A DNA stretch of 64,000 bases from an uncultured delta proteobacterium (GCA_963697405.1 CAVONY010000029.1:42847-106846), one strand, 5' to 3'. Counted from the stretch's first letter, positions 28,291-39,513 are shown. The notes: a model not told the origin generated them from the sequence alone. Program-made: numbers and translations.

Positions 28291-30129
28291 ATGAGCCAAG
28301 ATACTGTAGACGAACTGGTCGATCTGCTGATCGCTTACAATAAGGCCTATCGCCAAGGCGCCCCCATTGTCAGTGACGCCGAATACGACACGCTGGTGGA
28401 GCAACTGCGCGAACTCGCACCGGAGCATCCGTTTTTGCAGGCCGTAGAGCCGGAGCCGTTCACCGGCCGGCGGGAGGTCCGCCATCCCACCCCCATGCTC
28501 TCCATCGAAAAAGCCTACACCAGAGAACAATTGGAACGCTTCGTGGCCCGGGTGCAAAAGGAGGCTGAGGTCCTTGGAATCGATTCGGTCACATTCAGAC
28601 TGACGCCCAAATTGGACGGCCTGGCCGGTCGGGATGACGGCAGCGTATTCACCACCCGGGGAAATGGAGAAGTCGGTTACGAAATCTCCAGCGCCTTTGC
28701 CAAAGGGGTTGTTCCCATCGGCGGCCGCGGCCAGGGGATGGGAGAAATTGTGGTGGTGAAAAGCTATTTCGACCAGCACATGGCCGATTTTTTCGAACAC
28801 CCGCGCAACATGGTGGTGGGCATCATCTCCTCGGAGACACTCAACGAAAACGCCACAACCGCATTGAACGACCGTATGGTCCACTTCGTCCCCTACAGCC
28901 AGGCCACTTCGATTATCGTTGACGGACGCCGGTTGGTGGCAGATACCCGACAATTGGTCCGGGACCTGTTGCAGGCGGTGGATTATCCAACAGACGGCGT
29001 GGTGGCCGAGGTGACGGATGACCGGTTAAAAGACCAGATGGGCGCCACCGCCCACCACCACCGCTGGCAGATCGCCGTTAAGACCAAAGGCGATACAGCC
29101 CAGACGACGGTAACCGGCATCCAGTGGCAGGTGGGCCGCACCGGCAAGATCACGCCGGTGTTGGAGGTGGACCCGGTATCGCTGTCGGGCGCCACCATCC
29201 GCCGGGTGACCGCCCACCACGCGGGCAACATCCGCAATTCAGGCATCGGCATCGGCACCCGTATCGAGGTCATTCGCAGCGGCGAGGTCATTCCCAAGTT
29301 GGAAGCCGTCCTGGAGATCCGGGGAGAGGTGGAGCGCCCCGAGACGTGTCCCGCCTGCAGTGGACCACTGGTGTGGAAGAACGATTTTCTCATGTGCACC
29401 AACCAGGCCTGTCGGGCCCAGATCGAGCAGCGCATCAGCCACTGGTTCCGGATTCTGGGCAATGCCGACTGGTTCGGCATCAAGACCATCCGTAAGCTTG
29501 TCGAAAATGGCCATGACAGTCTGGAGGCGATCTATCGGCTCTCTGAGGCAGATTTCTCATCCATGGGGTTCGGACCGGTGCAATCAAAGAATCTGGCCGA
29601 AGCCATCACCATCAGCCGCACCAAGCCGGTTGAAGACTGGCGGTTCCTGGCCGCTTTCGGCATCGCGGATCTGGGCACCGGTGACAGCCGCAAACTGCTG
29701 GCCCATGTGCGCCTGGAGAATGTTGTGGCGCTGGATCCCGAAGCGATCGCCCAAATCAAAGGGTTTGGCGACAAGACCAGCCAGAGTATCGTCACCAGCA
29801 TTGGCGCCATGGAGGGAACCATCCGCCACATGCTCGACCTGGGCTTCAATCTGAGACGCACGCCCTTTGCATCGGAGCAGGCGGCCGTCGACAGTCCCGT
29901 TGCAGGCAAAGGCATCGTGTTTACCGGAAAAATGATTCACGGCACCCGGGAAGCGATGCAGAGAGAAGCCAGGGCGCTGGGCGCCACCGTGCAGACAGCT
30001 GTCAGCGGGAAGACCGACTATCTGGTTTGCGGTGAGAACGTCGGTGCTGCGAAGATCGACAAGGCCAGCCGGTTGGGTGTAACGGTCCTCACCGAAAGCC
30101 AGTACATGGCCATGGTCACCGGCAAGTGA
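28291..30129 (+). CDS. ligA: NAD-dependent DNA ligase
   Basis: Adenylation motif TPKLDGLA, Zn finger CPACSGPL...CTNQAC, HhH region and a C-terminal BRCT domain. Confidence 0.95.
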   Translation: MSQDTVDELVDLLIAYNKAYRQGAPIVSDAEYDTLVEQLRELAPEHPFLQAVEPEPFTGRREVRHPTPMLSIEKAYTREQLERFVARVQKEAEVLGIDSVTFRLTPKLDGLAGRDDGSVFTTRGNGEVGYEISSAFAKGVVPIGGRGQGMGEIVVVKSYFDQHMADFFEHPRNMVVGIISSETLNENATTALNDRMVHFVPYSQATSIIVDGRRLVADTRQLVRDLLQAVDYPTDGVVAEVTDDRLKDQMGATAHHHRWQIAVKTKGDTAQTTVTGIQWQVGRTGKITPVLEVDPVSLSGATIRRVTAHHAGNIRNSGIGIGTRIEVIRSGEVIPKLEAVLEIRGEVERPETCPACSGPLVWKNDFLMCTNQACRAQIEQRISHWFRILGNADWFGIKTIRKLVENGHDSLEAIYRLSEADFSSMGFGPVQSKNLAEAITISRTKPVEDWRFLAAFGIADLGTGDSRKLLAHVRLENVVALDPEAIAQIKGFGDKTSQSIVTSIGAMEGTIRHMLDLGFNLRRTPFASEQAAVDSPVAGKGIVFTGKMIHGTREAMQREARALGATVQTAVSGKTDYLVCGENVGAAKIDKASRLGVTVLTESQYMAMVTGK

Positions 30130-30154
30130 ACCGCGCCAGGAGAAGACGGCTTTC

Positions 30155-31303
30155 ATGACCCGCCAGCGCCGACCATCCGCCATCATTCTTGCCGCCGGCT
30201 ACTCCCGTCGGATGCGACGATTCAAGCCATTGTTGACCTTGGGCGGGCGAACGGTGCTGGAACGCGTCGTATCCCTTTACCGCAGCGCCGGCGTGACAGA
30301 CATCCGGGTGGTGACCGGCTTTCGTTCCCAGACTATTCGGTCTGCGCTGACCTCCCTGCCGGTGGCCGTGGTCCACAATCCGGCACATGATGGAGGCATG
30401 TTCGCTTCCGTGCTGGCCGGCATCAACACACTTGCGTCAGGCGTTTCATCCTTTTTCGTTCATCCGGTCGATATTCCCCTGGTTCGCCCGCACACCCTGG
30501 CCATGCTGATGGATGCTTTCGATCGGCTCCCGTCACCCGTGGCCTATCCGGTGTTTGATGATAAGCGGGGACACCCGCCGCTGGTCGACGGCGCGCTGAA
30601 AGCGGCCATCTCATCCCATGGCGGCGACGGCGGGCTCGGTGCGCTGCTTCGTCGTTTCGACGCAACGGCCCTGGACGTCCAGGTGGCCGATGAAGGTGTG
30701 CTGCTGGATGCGGACACACCGGATGACTTTCAGCGTCTTGAAACCCGGCTGGCGACGTCCGACCGGCTCACCGAAGATGAGTGCCGGGTGCTCATGGAAA
30801 AGGTTTGCAAGTTGCCCAGGCCGCTGATCCACCACTGCCATCGGGTGGCTTGCGTGGCCACGGCGCTGGCCAGGGCCGTCAATGAAAGGGGTGGCGCCCT
30901 TGACGTCCACCTGGTTCAATCCGCCGCCCGGGTTCACGATGTGGCACGAATGGAGACAGACCATGCTGCCGCCGGGGCCCATCTGCTGCATGCAATGGGG
31001 TTTCCCGCCATGGCCGCCCTCGTCGCAGTTCATATGGATATCCGCCCGTCTCAAGACTCCCCCTTGGACGAGGCGCAGATCGTTTACCTGGCAGACAAGC
31101 TGGTGGCCGGGACCACGCCGGTAAGCCTGAAGCAGCGGTTCGAGGCGAAGCTGAAAAAATACGGCCACGACCCGAAAGCCTCAGCGGAAATTGACCAGCG
31201 CCAGCGTGCTGCGCTCACGATCCAAAGCAAAGTGGAACACCTATCAGGTCAGACGATGGGTCAATTGTTGAACACCGCCGGGATCATCAGGCGGCAACCA
31301 TGA
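30155..31303 (+). CDS. MobA-like nucleotidyltransferase fused to an HD-domain
   Basis: N-terminus AIILAAGYSRRMRRFKPL (MobA/MocA-type NTP transferase). C-terminus has H...HD (RVHDVARME) and other HD-domain residues. Confidence 0.7.
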   Translation: MTRQRRPSAIILAAGYSRRMRRFKPLLTLGGRTVLERVVSLYRSAGVTDIRVVTGFRSQTIRSALTSLPVAVVHNPAHDGGMFASVLAGINTLASGVSSFFVHPVDIPLVRPHTLAMLMDAFDRLPSPVAYPVFDDKRGHPPLVDGALKAAISSHGGDGGLGALLRRFDATALDVQVADEGVLLDADTPDDFQRLETRLATSDRLTEDECRVLMEKVCKLPRPLIHHCHRVACVATALARAVNERGGALDVHLVQSAARVHDVARMETDHAAAGAHLLHAMGFPAMAALVAVHMDIRPSQDSPLDEAQIVYLADKLVAGTTPVSLKQRFEAKLKKYGHDPKASAEIDQRQRAALTIQSKVEHLSGQTMGQLLNTAGIIRRQP

Positions 31304-31941
31304 AAAATAGTCTGAGGTCCTGGCTGGTGTCAGGTCCGGAAAAAAAGATTCTACTGCTTCGCCATGGTGAACACCTGTGTCAAACCAATCAAAAACGTTT
31401 CATTGGTCAGACGGATCTCCCGCTGAGTCAAATGGGACGCCGACAGGCGCAATGCTGGCAGGAATGGCTCTCCGACGTACCGATCGCACGCATCATTTGC
31501 AGTGATCTGTCCCGCTGCAAGGAAACCGCCCGCATCCTTTGCGCCGACCGTCCCCTCATCGTCGAGCCGCTCGCCAGCCTGAGAGAAATCAACCTGGGTG
31601 GCTGGGACGGAATGACCTTCCGACGGGTCAGGGAGGGCTGGCCCATTGCCTTTCGACAACGCGGGGTGGAGATGGCCCGGTTCCGGCCGCCGGGGGGAGG
31701 TGAAAGCTTCCTGGACCTTCAGCGGCGCGTGGTCCCGGTCTTTGAACAGGCGGTCGATCAAGCCGTCGGCAACCTGTTGATGGTGGCTCATGCCGGCGTC
31801 AACCGGATGATTCTCTGCCACCTGTTGGGCATGCCACCGCAAAACCTCTTTCGCATTGCCCAGGACTACGGGGCAATGAATCTCGTTGGCCGGCAGTCCA
31901 GTGGGTATCGCATTCAGGCCATCAACCTGATTCCGGATTAG
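31300..31941 (+). CDS. Histidine phosphatase family protein (CobC/alpha-ribazole phosphatase-like)
   Basis: LLLRHGE catalytic motif and QTDLPLSQMGRRQA. ATGA overlap with the upstream gene. Confidence 0.75.
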   Translation: MKNSLRSWLVSGPEKKILLLRHGEHLCQTNQKRFIGQTDLPLSQMGRRQAQCWQEWLSDVPIARIICSDLSRCKETARILCADRPLIVEPLASLREINLGGWDGMTFRRVREGWPIAFRQRGVEMARFRPPGGGESFLDLQRRVVPVFEQAVDQAVGNLLMVAHAGVNRMILCHLLGMPPQNLFRIAQDYGAMNLVGRQSSGYRIQAINLIPD

Positions 31942-32115
31942 GGTGGCGACGGTCCAGCCACCCGATGGTCACCGCCCGCCGACCCGTTTTCATTTATCCA
32001 CCGACGCCATTTGACCGCTTCCCGTTCCTGCCTTACATTGAATTTCACTTCCACTGGAGAACGAACAGCCAACACAGATCAGACAAGCCTTCGTTCACCC
32101 TGCAAATGAGGACCG

Positions 32116-33852
32116 ATGAAATCCTTCAAGCTTATACAGCCCTACCTGATCGCCAACCGAAACAGCATCCTGTTCGGCCTGCTGTGTCTGATTGTGGTGG
32201 ATCTGCTCCAGCTGTTCATCCCCCGCGTCATCAAGCGGGTGGTCGACGACCTGACCCTCTTGCAGGTGGATCGCAGCGGTCTGCTGAGTTATGCCGTGAT
32301 CATCCTGGCGCTGGGCCTGTGCATCGGCCTTTTCCGCTTTTTCTGGCGCCGCTGCCTCCTGGGCACCGCCCGCAAAACCGAAGAGGCCCTGCGAAACCGG
32401 CTTTTCGCCCATATTCAGACCCTGTCGCCGGCCTACTTCGACCGGGTGCGTACCGGCGACCTTATGGCCCACGCCACCAACGACATCCAGCAGGTACGCA
32501 TGGCATCCGGAATGGGGCTGGTGGCCTTGAATGACGCCCTGTTTTTAGGATCGGCAGCCATCGGTTTCATGATCTACATCAACCTGGAACTGACCCTGTA
32601 CGTGCTGATTCCCATGCCCCTGATCGTTTTGGGCGCCCGTTATTTCAGCAGACGGATGCACCGTCGCTACAAACGGGTGCAGGGTGCCTTCAGCGAACTC
32701 ACCGAAGCGGTCCGGGAACGTTTTGCCGGTGTCCGCGTCGTCATGGCCCATAACGCCCAGGCCGCCGAGGCCCGCGAAATCACCCGGATCTCCAATGCCT
32801 ATGTGCGCGAAAATATCGACCTGGTGAAGATCACCGGGGCGTTTTTCCCGCTGATGATGCTGCTCACCAACCTGAGTCTGGCCATCGTCCTGTTTCAGGG
32901 CGGTCGCCAGACTATTTTCGCCCGGATCACCCCGGGTGATTTCGTGGCTTTCATCAGTTATCTGGGTCTGCTCACCTGGCCCATGATGGCCCTGGGCTGG
33001 GTGACCAATCTCATCCAGCGCGGCAGGGCCTCCCTGGACCGGCTGGACGACATCTTCAGTACCCATCCCGAAATGGTCGAAGCGCCGGACGCCCTTTCCA
33101 TCTCCGGGTTTGGACAGAACCTGGCGTTCGAGAATGTCCGGTTTACCTACGACACGAATCGGGGTAATGTTCTCGACCGGATTGATTTAAAGCTGGAAAA
33201 AGGCCGGACCCTGGGCATCGTGGGACCCCCGGGCGCCGGGAAAACCACGCTGATGCTACTATTGATGCGGCTTTACGATGTGAATTCAGGCAGCATTCAC
33301 ATCGATGGGACGGACATCCGCCAGTTGAAGATCGAAGCGTTGCGATCACTCATGTCCATTTCACCCCAGGAACCTTTTCTGTTTGCGGGCACGGTACGGG
33401 AGAATATCACCTTCGGCGGCAAAGGCGTAAGTGAAGCGGACCTGCAACGGGCAACGCGCCTGGCAGCGCTGGACGACACCATCGACGAATTGCCCCATGG
33501 ATTCGACACGGTGGTGGGCGAAAAGGGGGTGATCCTGTCCGGCGGACAGAAACAGCGCGTGGCCCTGGCCCGGGCCTTTCTCAATGACGCACCCATCCTG
33601 GTTCTCGACGACCCGGTAAGCCAGGTGGATACGCGCACGGCCGCCCGCATCGTGGAGACCCTGCAGACCATGGCAGGAGACAAAACCCTGATCATCATCT
33701 CCCACCGTTTGTCGGCAGTGCGCCATGCGGATCGGATTGTGGTGATGGAAAAGGGGCGGATCGTTACCGCCGGCAGCCACGCGCAATTGATGACCGCCGG
33801 TGGATATTATGCCCGGGCTCACCAGTTCCAGGAGCTCGAAGATGCGATTTGA
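32116..33852 (+). CDS. ABC exporter, fused permease/ATPase (half-transporter 1)
   Basis: Six-TM region, Walker A GPPGAGKTT, signature LSGGQKQR and Walker B ILVLDD. Confidence 0.9.
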   Translation: MKSFKLIQPYLIANRNSILFGLLCLIVVDLLQLFIPRVIKRVVDDLTLLQVDRSGLLSYAVIILALGLCIGLFRFFWRRCLLGTARKTEEALRNRLFAHIQTLSPAYFDRVRTGDLMAHATNDIQQVRMASGMGLVALNDALFLGSAAIGFMIYINLELTLYVLIPMPLIVLGARYFSRRMHRRYKRVQGAFSELTEAVRERFAGVRVVMAHNAQAAEAREITRISNAYVRENIDLVKITGAFFPLMMLLTNLSLAIVLFQGGRQTIFARITPGDFVAFISYLGLLTWPMMALGWVTNLIQRGRASLDRLDDIFSTHPEMVEAPDALSISGFGQNLAFENVRFTYDTNRGNVLDRIDLKLEKGRTLGIVGPPGAGKTTLMLLLMRLYDVNSGSIHIDGTDIRQLKIEALRSLMSISPQEPFLFAGTVRENITFGGKGVSEADLQRATRLAALDDTIDELPHGFDTVVGEKGVILSGGQKQRVALARAFLNDAPILVLDDPVSQVDTRTAARIVETLQTMAGDKTLIIISHRLSAVRHADRIVVMEKGRIVTAGSHAQLMTAGGYYARAHQFQELEDAI

Positions 33853-35839
33853 CTACGGCTACGACGAAGAGCAGCGGCTTGGAAAACGCTATGACCTGAA
33901 ATTGCTGCGCCGCATCCTTCCCTTTGCCGCCCCCCACCGGTTCAAGCTGGCCTTATCCGTGGCCCTGGTAGTGGCCATCACCCTGCTGGAGCTGTCCGTC
34001 CCCTACATCACCAAAGAAATCATTGACCGCCATATTCTTCCCCGAGACCGTATCACCGTCAACACTGACGATGCGGACAAGGCTCATCGGCGGTGGCTGT
34101 CCGTTGACCTGAATGATCCTGATGTCGCCGCAGTGGTCGACCGACAACAGCATCTGTTTCAGATCCGGGGAGAACGGGCAGCAATCCAGCTGGAAGACCT
34201 CGGCCGCCTCGACCGGACCACCTTGGGCCGGTTGCGGCACACGGACCTGTCCGGTCTGCTGCGCATCGCCGGTTTGTTCCTGGGCGTGGTAATAGCCATT
34301 TTCATTTTCACTTTTGCCCAGAACCTGATCATGGAACTTGCCGGCCACCGGATCATGCACGACCTGCGCGTTGGCCTGTACCGTCATATCCAGGACATGC
34401 CCCTGCGCTTTTTCACCCGCAATCCCGTGGCTCGACTGGTGACCCGGGTAACCAACGACATCCAGAACATGCACGACATGTTTACCTCCTTCATCTCCAT
34501 GGTGTTCAAGGACATATTTTTACTGGTGGGCATCGCAGTGGTCCTGCTTAGTATGGACTGGCGTCTGGCACTGCTCACCTTTCTGGTATTGCCGCTGGTT
34601 GTGGCAACGGCCTTCATATTTTCCAGAAAAGTGCGCGACGTGTTTCGAGAGTTGCGCATCAAGGTGGCCGAAATCAATACCCGTTTTTCCGAAACCATCG
34701 CCGGTATCAAGGTAATCCAGACCTTCCGCAGGGAGCGGGAGAACTTCGATGCCTTCGCCCGACTCAATCACGACAACTACCTGGCGGGCATGCGCCAGAT
34801 CAACATCTTTGCCGTGTTCATGCCCATCATTGAAATACTGGGCATTACCGCCATCGCCATCGTCATCTATTTCGGAGGTGCCCACGTGCTGGGCCAGACA
34901 GTGAGCATCGGCGTGCTGGCTGCCTTCATCGCCTATATGAAGATGTTTTTCCGCCCCATCCGGGACCTGGCGGAAAAATACAACATTTTGCAAAATGCCA
35001 TGGCTTCCGCCGAACGGATTTTCCTGCTCATGGATACCCCGTCCGGTAGCAAGTCCGAGCAGCACGACTCTCCAAGTCCCGGGCCGCTGGAACAAATCCG
35101 TTTCGCGTCAGTATCCCTGGCCTACAACGAAGGCAACTCCGTCCTTAAAAACATTGACTTGACGATCAATGCCGGCGAAACCATCGCCATTGTCGGCGCC
35201 ACCGGTTCGGGTAAAACCTCGCTGGTGAATCTGCTGGTGCGCTTTTATGACCCCACCAGCGGGTCGGTAAACTTCAACGGCATCGACTGTACACAAATTC
35301 CGCCGGAGGTGCTGAGGAAACGGATCGCGCTGGTCATGCAGGATCCGTTTCTGTTTACCGGCACCTTACGAACGAATATTTTCTTTGCTGCCAACGGCCT
35401 TTCCCTTGAACAGCAGGCGAATATCCTTGACGCCTCTCGATGCCGGAATCTGGTCGGCCGCTTCCCGGATGGCCTGGACACCCGTATCTCGGAAGGAGGC
35501 GCCTCCCTGTCCAGCGGTGAACGCCAGTTGATCTCGGTAGCCCGTGCCTTTTCAGCAGATCCGGAGATGATCATCCTGGATGAAGCCACCTCCTACGTGG
35601 ACTCCCAAACGGAAGTCCACTTGCAGGATGCCATCGCCAACCTGATGCGCGGTCGCACCTGTGTGGTGGTGGCCCACCGTCTCACCACCGCCCGGACGGC
35701 TGACCGAATTGTGGTGATCAACAACGGCGTGATAATGGAAACCGGCAATCACGAGTCGCTGATGGCCGTACAAGGGTTTTATTACCGGCTCTATCATCTT
35801 CAGAACAACGGTTCCCAGGGGGTAACCGACGGTTGCTAA
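33842..35839 (+). CDS. ABC exporter, fused permease/ATPase (half-transporter 2)
   Basis: Walker A GATGSGKTS, signature LSSGERQL and Walker B IIILDEAT. The ATG at 33842 overlaps the upstream stop. Confidence 0.9.
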   Translation: MRFDYGYDEEQRLGKRYDLKLLRRILPFAAPHRFKLALSVALVVAITLLELSVPYITKEIIDRHILPRDRITVNTDDADKAHRRWLSVDLNDPDVAAVVDRQQHLFQIRGERAAIQLEDLGRLDRTTLGRLRHTDLSGLLRIAGLFLGVVIAIFIFTFAQNLIMELAGHRIMHDLRVGLYRHIQDMPLRFFTRNPVARLVTRVTNDIQNMHDMFTSFISMVFKDIFLLVGIAVVLLSMDWRLALLTFLVLPLVVATAFIFSRKVRDVFRELRIKVAEINTRFSETIAGIKVIQTFRRERENFDAFARLNHDNYLAGMRQINIFAVFMPIIEILGITAIAIVIYFGGAHVLGQTVSIGVLAAFIAYMKMFFRPIRDLAEKYNILQNAMASAERIFLLMDTPSGSKSEQHDSPSPGPLEQIRFASVSLAYNEGNSVLKNIDLTINAGETIAIVGATGSGKTSLVNLLVRFYDPTSGSVNFNGIDCTQIPPEVLRKRIALVMQDPFLFTGTLRTNIFFAANGLSLEQQANILDASRCRNLVGRFPDGLDTRISEGGASLSSGERQLISVARAFSADPEMIILDEATSYVDSQTEVHLQDAIANLMRGRTCVVVAHRLTTARTADRIVVINNGVIMETGNHESLMAVQGFYYRLYHLQNNGSQGVTDGC

Positions 35840-36107
35840 TGCCGGGTTCAAAATCATGTTTTTTCTAATTTTTTCTGTACTTTATAATTCTTTTCAATCC
35901 GGTTTTCATCAACCATATAAGTCTTGCCAAAATCGGATAGGCGTGTTAGATTGAGCGCGTTTTTCTGGTTCCCGGAAAAATTTCGATCATTCTAATCTTA
36001 TATCAATTCGATTGCGTTTTTCATGCGACCCTACGGTGCAGCGGCACCTGGTGATGGGCCATCAGGGCCCCCCATTGATAATCATTAACTAAAGGAGGAT
36101 TGGATAG

Positions 36108-37871
36108 ATGGCTTACGATGCGGTTAATATGGCAGACTGGCAGATTTCCGAAGAAGCGGAAAAAAACATGCCGACACCGGAAGAATGGGCCGAAAAACTG
36201 GGCCTGGCCGCGGGGGAAGTGCTCCCCATGGGCCGGCTGGCCAAACTGGACTTTCTCAAAATCATCGATCGCCTTAAAGACAAACCCGACGGCAAGTACA
36301 TTGAAGTCACCGCCATCACCCCGACCCCGCTGGGTGAAGGCAAATCCACCACCTCCTGCGGCCTGATGGAAGGTCTGGGCAAGCGTGGCAAAAATGTGGG
36401 CGGCGCCCTGCGCCAGCCTTCCGGCGGCCCCACCATGAACGTCAAGGGCACCGCGGCCGGCGGCGGCAACTCGCTGCTGATCCCCATGACCGAATTCTCT
36501 CTGGGCCTCACCGGCGACATCAACGACATCATGAACGCCCACAACCTGGCCATGGTGGCCATGACCTCGCGCATGCAGCACGAACGCAACTACAACGACG
36601 AGCAGTTGGCACGCCTCACCGGCATGCGACGCCTGGACATCGATCCCACCCGCGTGGAAATGGGCTGGATCATCGACTTCTGCGCCCAGTCCCTGCGCAA
36701 CATCATCATCGGCTTAGGCGGCCGCATGGACGGCTTCACCATGCAGTCCAAGTTCGGCATCGCGGTGGGTTCCGAGTGTATGGCCATCCTGTCGGTGATC
36801 CGCGACCTGGCCGACCTGAAAGAGCGCCTCAACAACATCACCGTGGCTTTCGACAAATCCGGCAACCCGGTCACCACCGGCGACCTGGAAGTGGGCAACG
36901 CCATGACGGCCTTCATGCGCAACACCATCAACCCGACCATGATGTGCACCGCCGAGTACAACCCCTGCCTGGTGCACGCCGGACCGTTCGCCAATATCGC
37001 CGTGGGCCAGAGCTCCATCATCGCCGACCGCGTCGGCCTGAAACTCTTCGACTACCATGTCACCGAGTCCGGGTTCGGCGCCGACATCGGCTTCGAGAAA
37101 TTCTGGAACGTCAAGAGCCGCTTCTCCGGCCTCAAGCCGCACGTCTCGGTTCTGACCACCACCATCCGCGCCCTGAAGATGCACGGCGGCGGCCCCACGG
37201 TCGTGACCGGCAAAGCCCTGCCAGACGAGTACACCAAGGAGAACCTGGAGTGGGTGGAAAAGGGCTGCGCGAACATGGTGCATCACATCAACACCATCCG
37301 CAAGGCCGGCATCAACCCGGTGGTCTGCATCAACCGGTTCTACACCGACACCGACGCCGAGTGCGACGTCATACGCAAGGCCGCCGAGGCTGCCGGTGCA
37401 CGCTGCGCCGAGTCCAAACATTGGGAAAAAGGCGGCGACGGCGCTCTGGAATTCGCCGATGCCGTCATCGACGCCTGTAATGAAGAGAACGATTTCAAAT
37501 TCCTCTACCCGCTGGAGACGAAGCTGCGCGACCGCGTCGAACTCATCGCCAAGGAAGTTTACGGCGCCGACGGCGTTTCCTGGGATGCCGCGGCCGAGGC
37601 CAAGGCCAAGATGCTGGAAGGTAATTCCAAGTACGACGACTTCGCCACCATGATGGTCAAGACGCATGAGAGCCTCAGCCACGATAAAACCATCAAAGGG
37701 GCGCCCAAGGGCTGGACGCTGCCCATCCGCGACGTGCTGATTTACTCCGGCGCTAAGTTCCTCTGCCCCTGCGCCGGGCCCATCAGCCTGATGCCGGGTA
37801 CCGGCTCAAACCCGGCCTACCGCCGGATCGACGTCGATCCGGTAGACGGTAAGGTAACCGGCCTGTTCTAA
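36108..37871 (+). CDS. fhs: Formate--tetrahydrofolate ligase
   Basis: [16 protein letters not shown]-loop, [11 protein letters not shown] and 587 aa. AAAGGAGG RBS. Confidence 0.96.
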   Translation: MAYDAVNMADWQISEEAEKNMPTPEEWAEKLGLAAGEVLPMGRLAKLDFLKIIDRLKDKPDGKYIEVTAITPTPLGEGKSTTSCGLMEGLGKRGKNVGGALRQPSGGPTMNVKGTAAGGGNSLLIPMTEFSLGLTGDINDIMNAHNLAMVAMTSRMQHERNYNDEQLARLTGMRRLDIDPTRVEMGWIIDFCAQSLRNIIIGLGGRMDGFTMQSKFGIAVGSECMAILSVIRDLADLKERLNNITVAFDKSGNPVTTGDLEVGNAMTAFMRNTINPTMMCTAEYNPCLVHAGPFANIAVGQSSIIADRVGLKLFDYHVTESGFGADIGFEKFWNVKSRFSGLKPHVSVLTTTIRALKMHGGGPTVVTGKALPDEYTKENLEWVEKGCANMVHHINTIRKAGINPVVCINRFYTDTDAECDVIRKAAEAAGARCAESKHWEKGGDGALEFADAVIDACNEENDFKFLYPLETKLRDRVELIAKEVYGADGVSWDAAAEAKAKMLEGNSKYDDFATMMVKTHESLSHDKTIKGAPKGWTLPIRDVLIYSGAKFLCPCAGPISLMPGTGSNPAYRRIDVDPVDGKVTGLF

Positions 37872-37899
37872 ACCAACCGACAATAACATATCCAACTGT

Positions 37900-37929
37900 G
37901 GCCCGGGCGTTCCGCCCGGGCCTTTTTTA
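37900..37929 (+). terminator. Rho-independent terminator after fhs
   Basis: GGCCCGGGCG-TTC-CGCCCGGGCC followed by T6. Confidence 0.85.
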
Positions 37930-37939
37930 TTGCAAATCA

Positions 37940-37969
37940 TTGACAAAAATAGAAAAACGCCTTTAAGAT
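37940..37969 (+). promoter_or_regulatory. Candidate sigma70-type promoter
   Basis: TTGACA (37940-37945), an 18-nt spacer, then TAAGAT (37964-37969), about 35 nt before the ATG at 38006. Confidence 0.4.
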
Positions 37970-38005
37970 AACAGCGATTATCAACCGCCATACCACGGGG
38001 AACCG

Positions 38006-39373
38006 ATGGAAAAAATCACCGACGACGCCATACGCCAGACGATCACCTCCACGCTCATCGAGACTTTCAAGACCATGATGTCCATGGCTTTGGAAGCGGT
38101 CGAGGAGAGTGCGGTCCCCGGTCTCGAAGATCGCCGCATGGTGGGAACGATCCATTTCGGCGGCGAAGTGGCAGGGGTGATGAGTGTCAATCTCTCCGAG
38201 GCGTTCGCCCGGAAAGTGACTTCCGCCATGCGGGGCATCGAGGCCGATGAAATAAAGAGTGATGAGGTCGTCACCGATGTGATCGGCGAGTTGGCCAATA
38301 TCGTGGCCGGAAATCTTAAAACGGAATTTCTCGATGTCGGACTCACCTGTGTTATATCGACGCCATCCATCACCTCGGGAAGTGATTTCAAGATCGACCC
38401 CATAGATATCGCCCCACCGGTAACACTCGCGTTCCGGGAAAAAGATGAATATGTACATGTAGAATTATGCGCCAAGGAGGAAATCGGCGCCAAAGAAGAT
38501 ATGATGAGCGACCTGTCCAGCGAAGTCGTCATGGAGCGGATCGCCGGTGTGGACATTAAGACGGCCATCGTCAACTCAGTCATCGACGTCTTTTACACCA
38601 TGCTGGACATGCAGGTGGAAGCCATTCAGCAGGTCCCTGAGTCCTTTGTCGAAGAGATGCGAACCGTAGGATCGGTCACCTTCGCCGGTGACCTGGATGG
38701 GGTGCTCAATATCCAGGTCAATGACGATTTCGGCAGACAAATGACAGCGGCCATGCTGGGCGTGGAAGTCGAGAAAGTCGAAAGCGAGCAAGAAGTTTAC
38801 GATGTCATCCGCGAAGTGAGCAACATCATCGGAGGCAATCTCAAATCCAACTTTGTGGATGCGGGGCTTTCCTGCATATTATCCACCCCCTCCATCACCA
38901 ACGGTCGGGACTTCAAAGTGAACCCCACCCACCTTGATAAGCCCACCCGATTTCTCTTTTCCCATAAAGATAGCACCATCATCGTTGAAGCCGGCGTCAA
39001 GCGGGAGCAATCAACTGCCGTTGAAGGCTCGGATGAGGCCGCAGAAAAAAGTGAGCAGGCGGAAAACGTCCAAACAGTGGTATCGGATAGCACTGACCGC
39101 GACGTCGATCAGTTCAAAAACCTCGGTCTTGTAATGGACATCCCCCTGCAGGTTACCGTTGAACTGGGACGCTCGCGAAAGCGGATTAACGATGTCCTTA
39201 AAATGGGGCCGGGCTCGGTGGTTGAACTGGAGCAGATGGAAGGAGAGCCGGTTGACATTCTGATTAACCAGACACTGATCGCCAAAGGTTTTGTGGTGGT
39301 GGAAAAGGAGAAGTACGGCATTCGTATCAGCGAAATTGTCAGTCGCAAAGAACGGATGAAAAGTATTCGCTGA
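38006..39373 (+). CDS. FliY-like fusion: two CheX/CheC-type CheY-P phosphatase domains plus a C-terminal FliN (SpoA) domain
   Basis: Two copies of the D-x3-E-x2-N-x21-P motif (DVIGELANIVAGNL...STP and DVIREVSNIIGGNL...STP). C-terminus DIPLQVTVELGRSRKRINDVLKMGPGSVVELEQ...VDILINQTLIAKGFVVV is a FliN/SpoA domain. Confidence 0.75.
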   Translation: MEKITDDAIRQTITSTLIETFKTMMSMALEAVEESAVPGLEDRRMVGTIHFGGEVAGVMSVNLSEAFARKVTSAMRGIEADEIKSDEVVTDVIGELANIVAGNLKTEFLDVGLTCVISTPSITSGSDFKIDPIDIAPPVTLAFREKDEYVHVELCAKEEIGAKEDMMSDLSSEVVMERIAGVDIKTAIVNSVIDVFYTMLDMQVEAIQQVPESFVEEMRTVGSVTFAGDLDGVLNIQVNDDFGRQMTAAMLGVEVEKVESEQEVYDVIREVSNIIGGNLKSNFVDAGLSCILSTPSITNGRDFKVNPTHLDKPTRFLFSHKDSTIIVEAGVKREQSTAVEGSDEAAEKSEQAENVQTVVSDSTDRDVDQFKNLGLVMDIPLQVTVELGRSRKRINDVLKMGPGSVVELEQMEGEPVDILINQTLIAKGFVVVEKEKYGIRISEIVSRKERMKSIR

Positions 39374-39513
39374 TACATCCCACACAAAACGACTGTTTGC
39401 TTGACAGATGGTCTTAAACGTGTTTTTGACAGTTTTCACTGCCCTCAATAACTCAGATTCAGGCATCATGACCTGCCGTGCATGATGCCACCGCAACAGA
39501 AAAGGAGAGACGA

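Noticed and set aside
35840-36107. ZTP (pfl) or THF riboswitch upstream of fhs
   Set aside because: This is a plausible location for one, and the leader has two small GC hairpins. I could not find the GGGTCGTGACTGGCG / CCGCCTGGGC-type conserved strings. A cmscan would settle it.
36714-37682. 322-aa minus-strand ORF and 234-aa +2 ORF inside fhs
   Set aside because: Both overlap the clearly identified fhs frame. The translations are Arg/His/Gly-rich.
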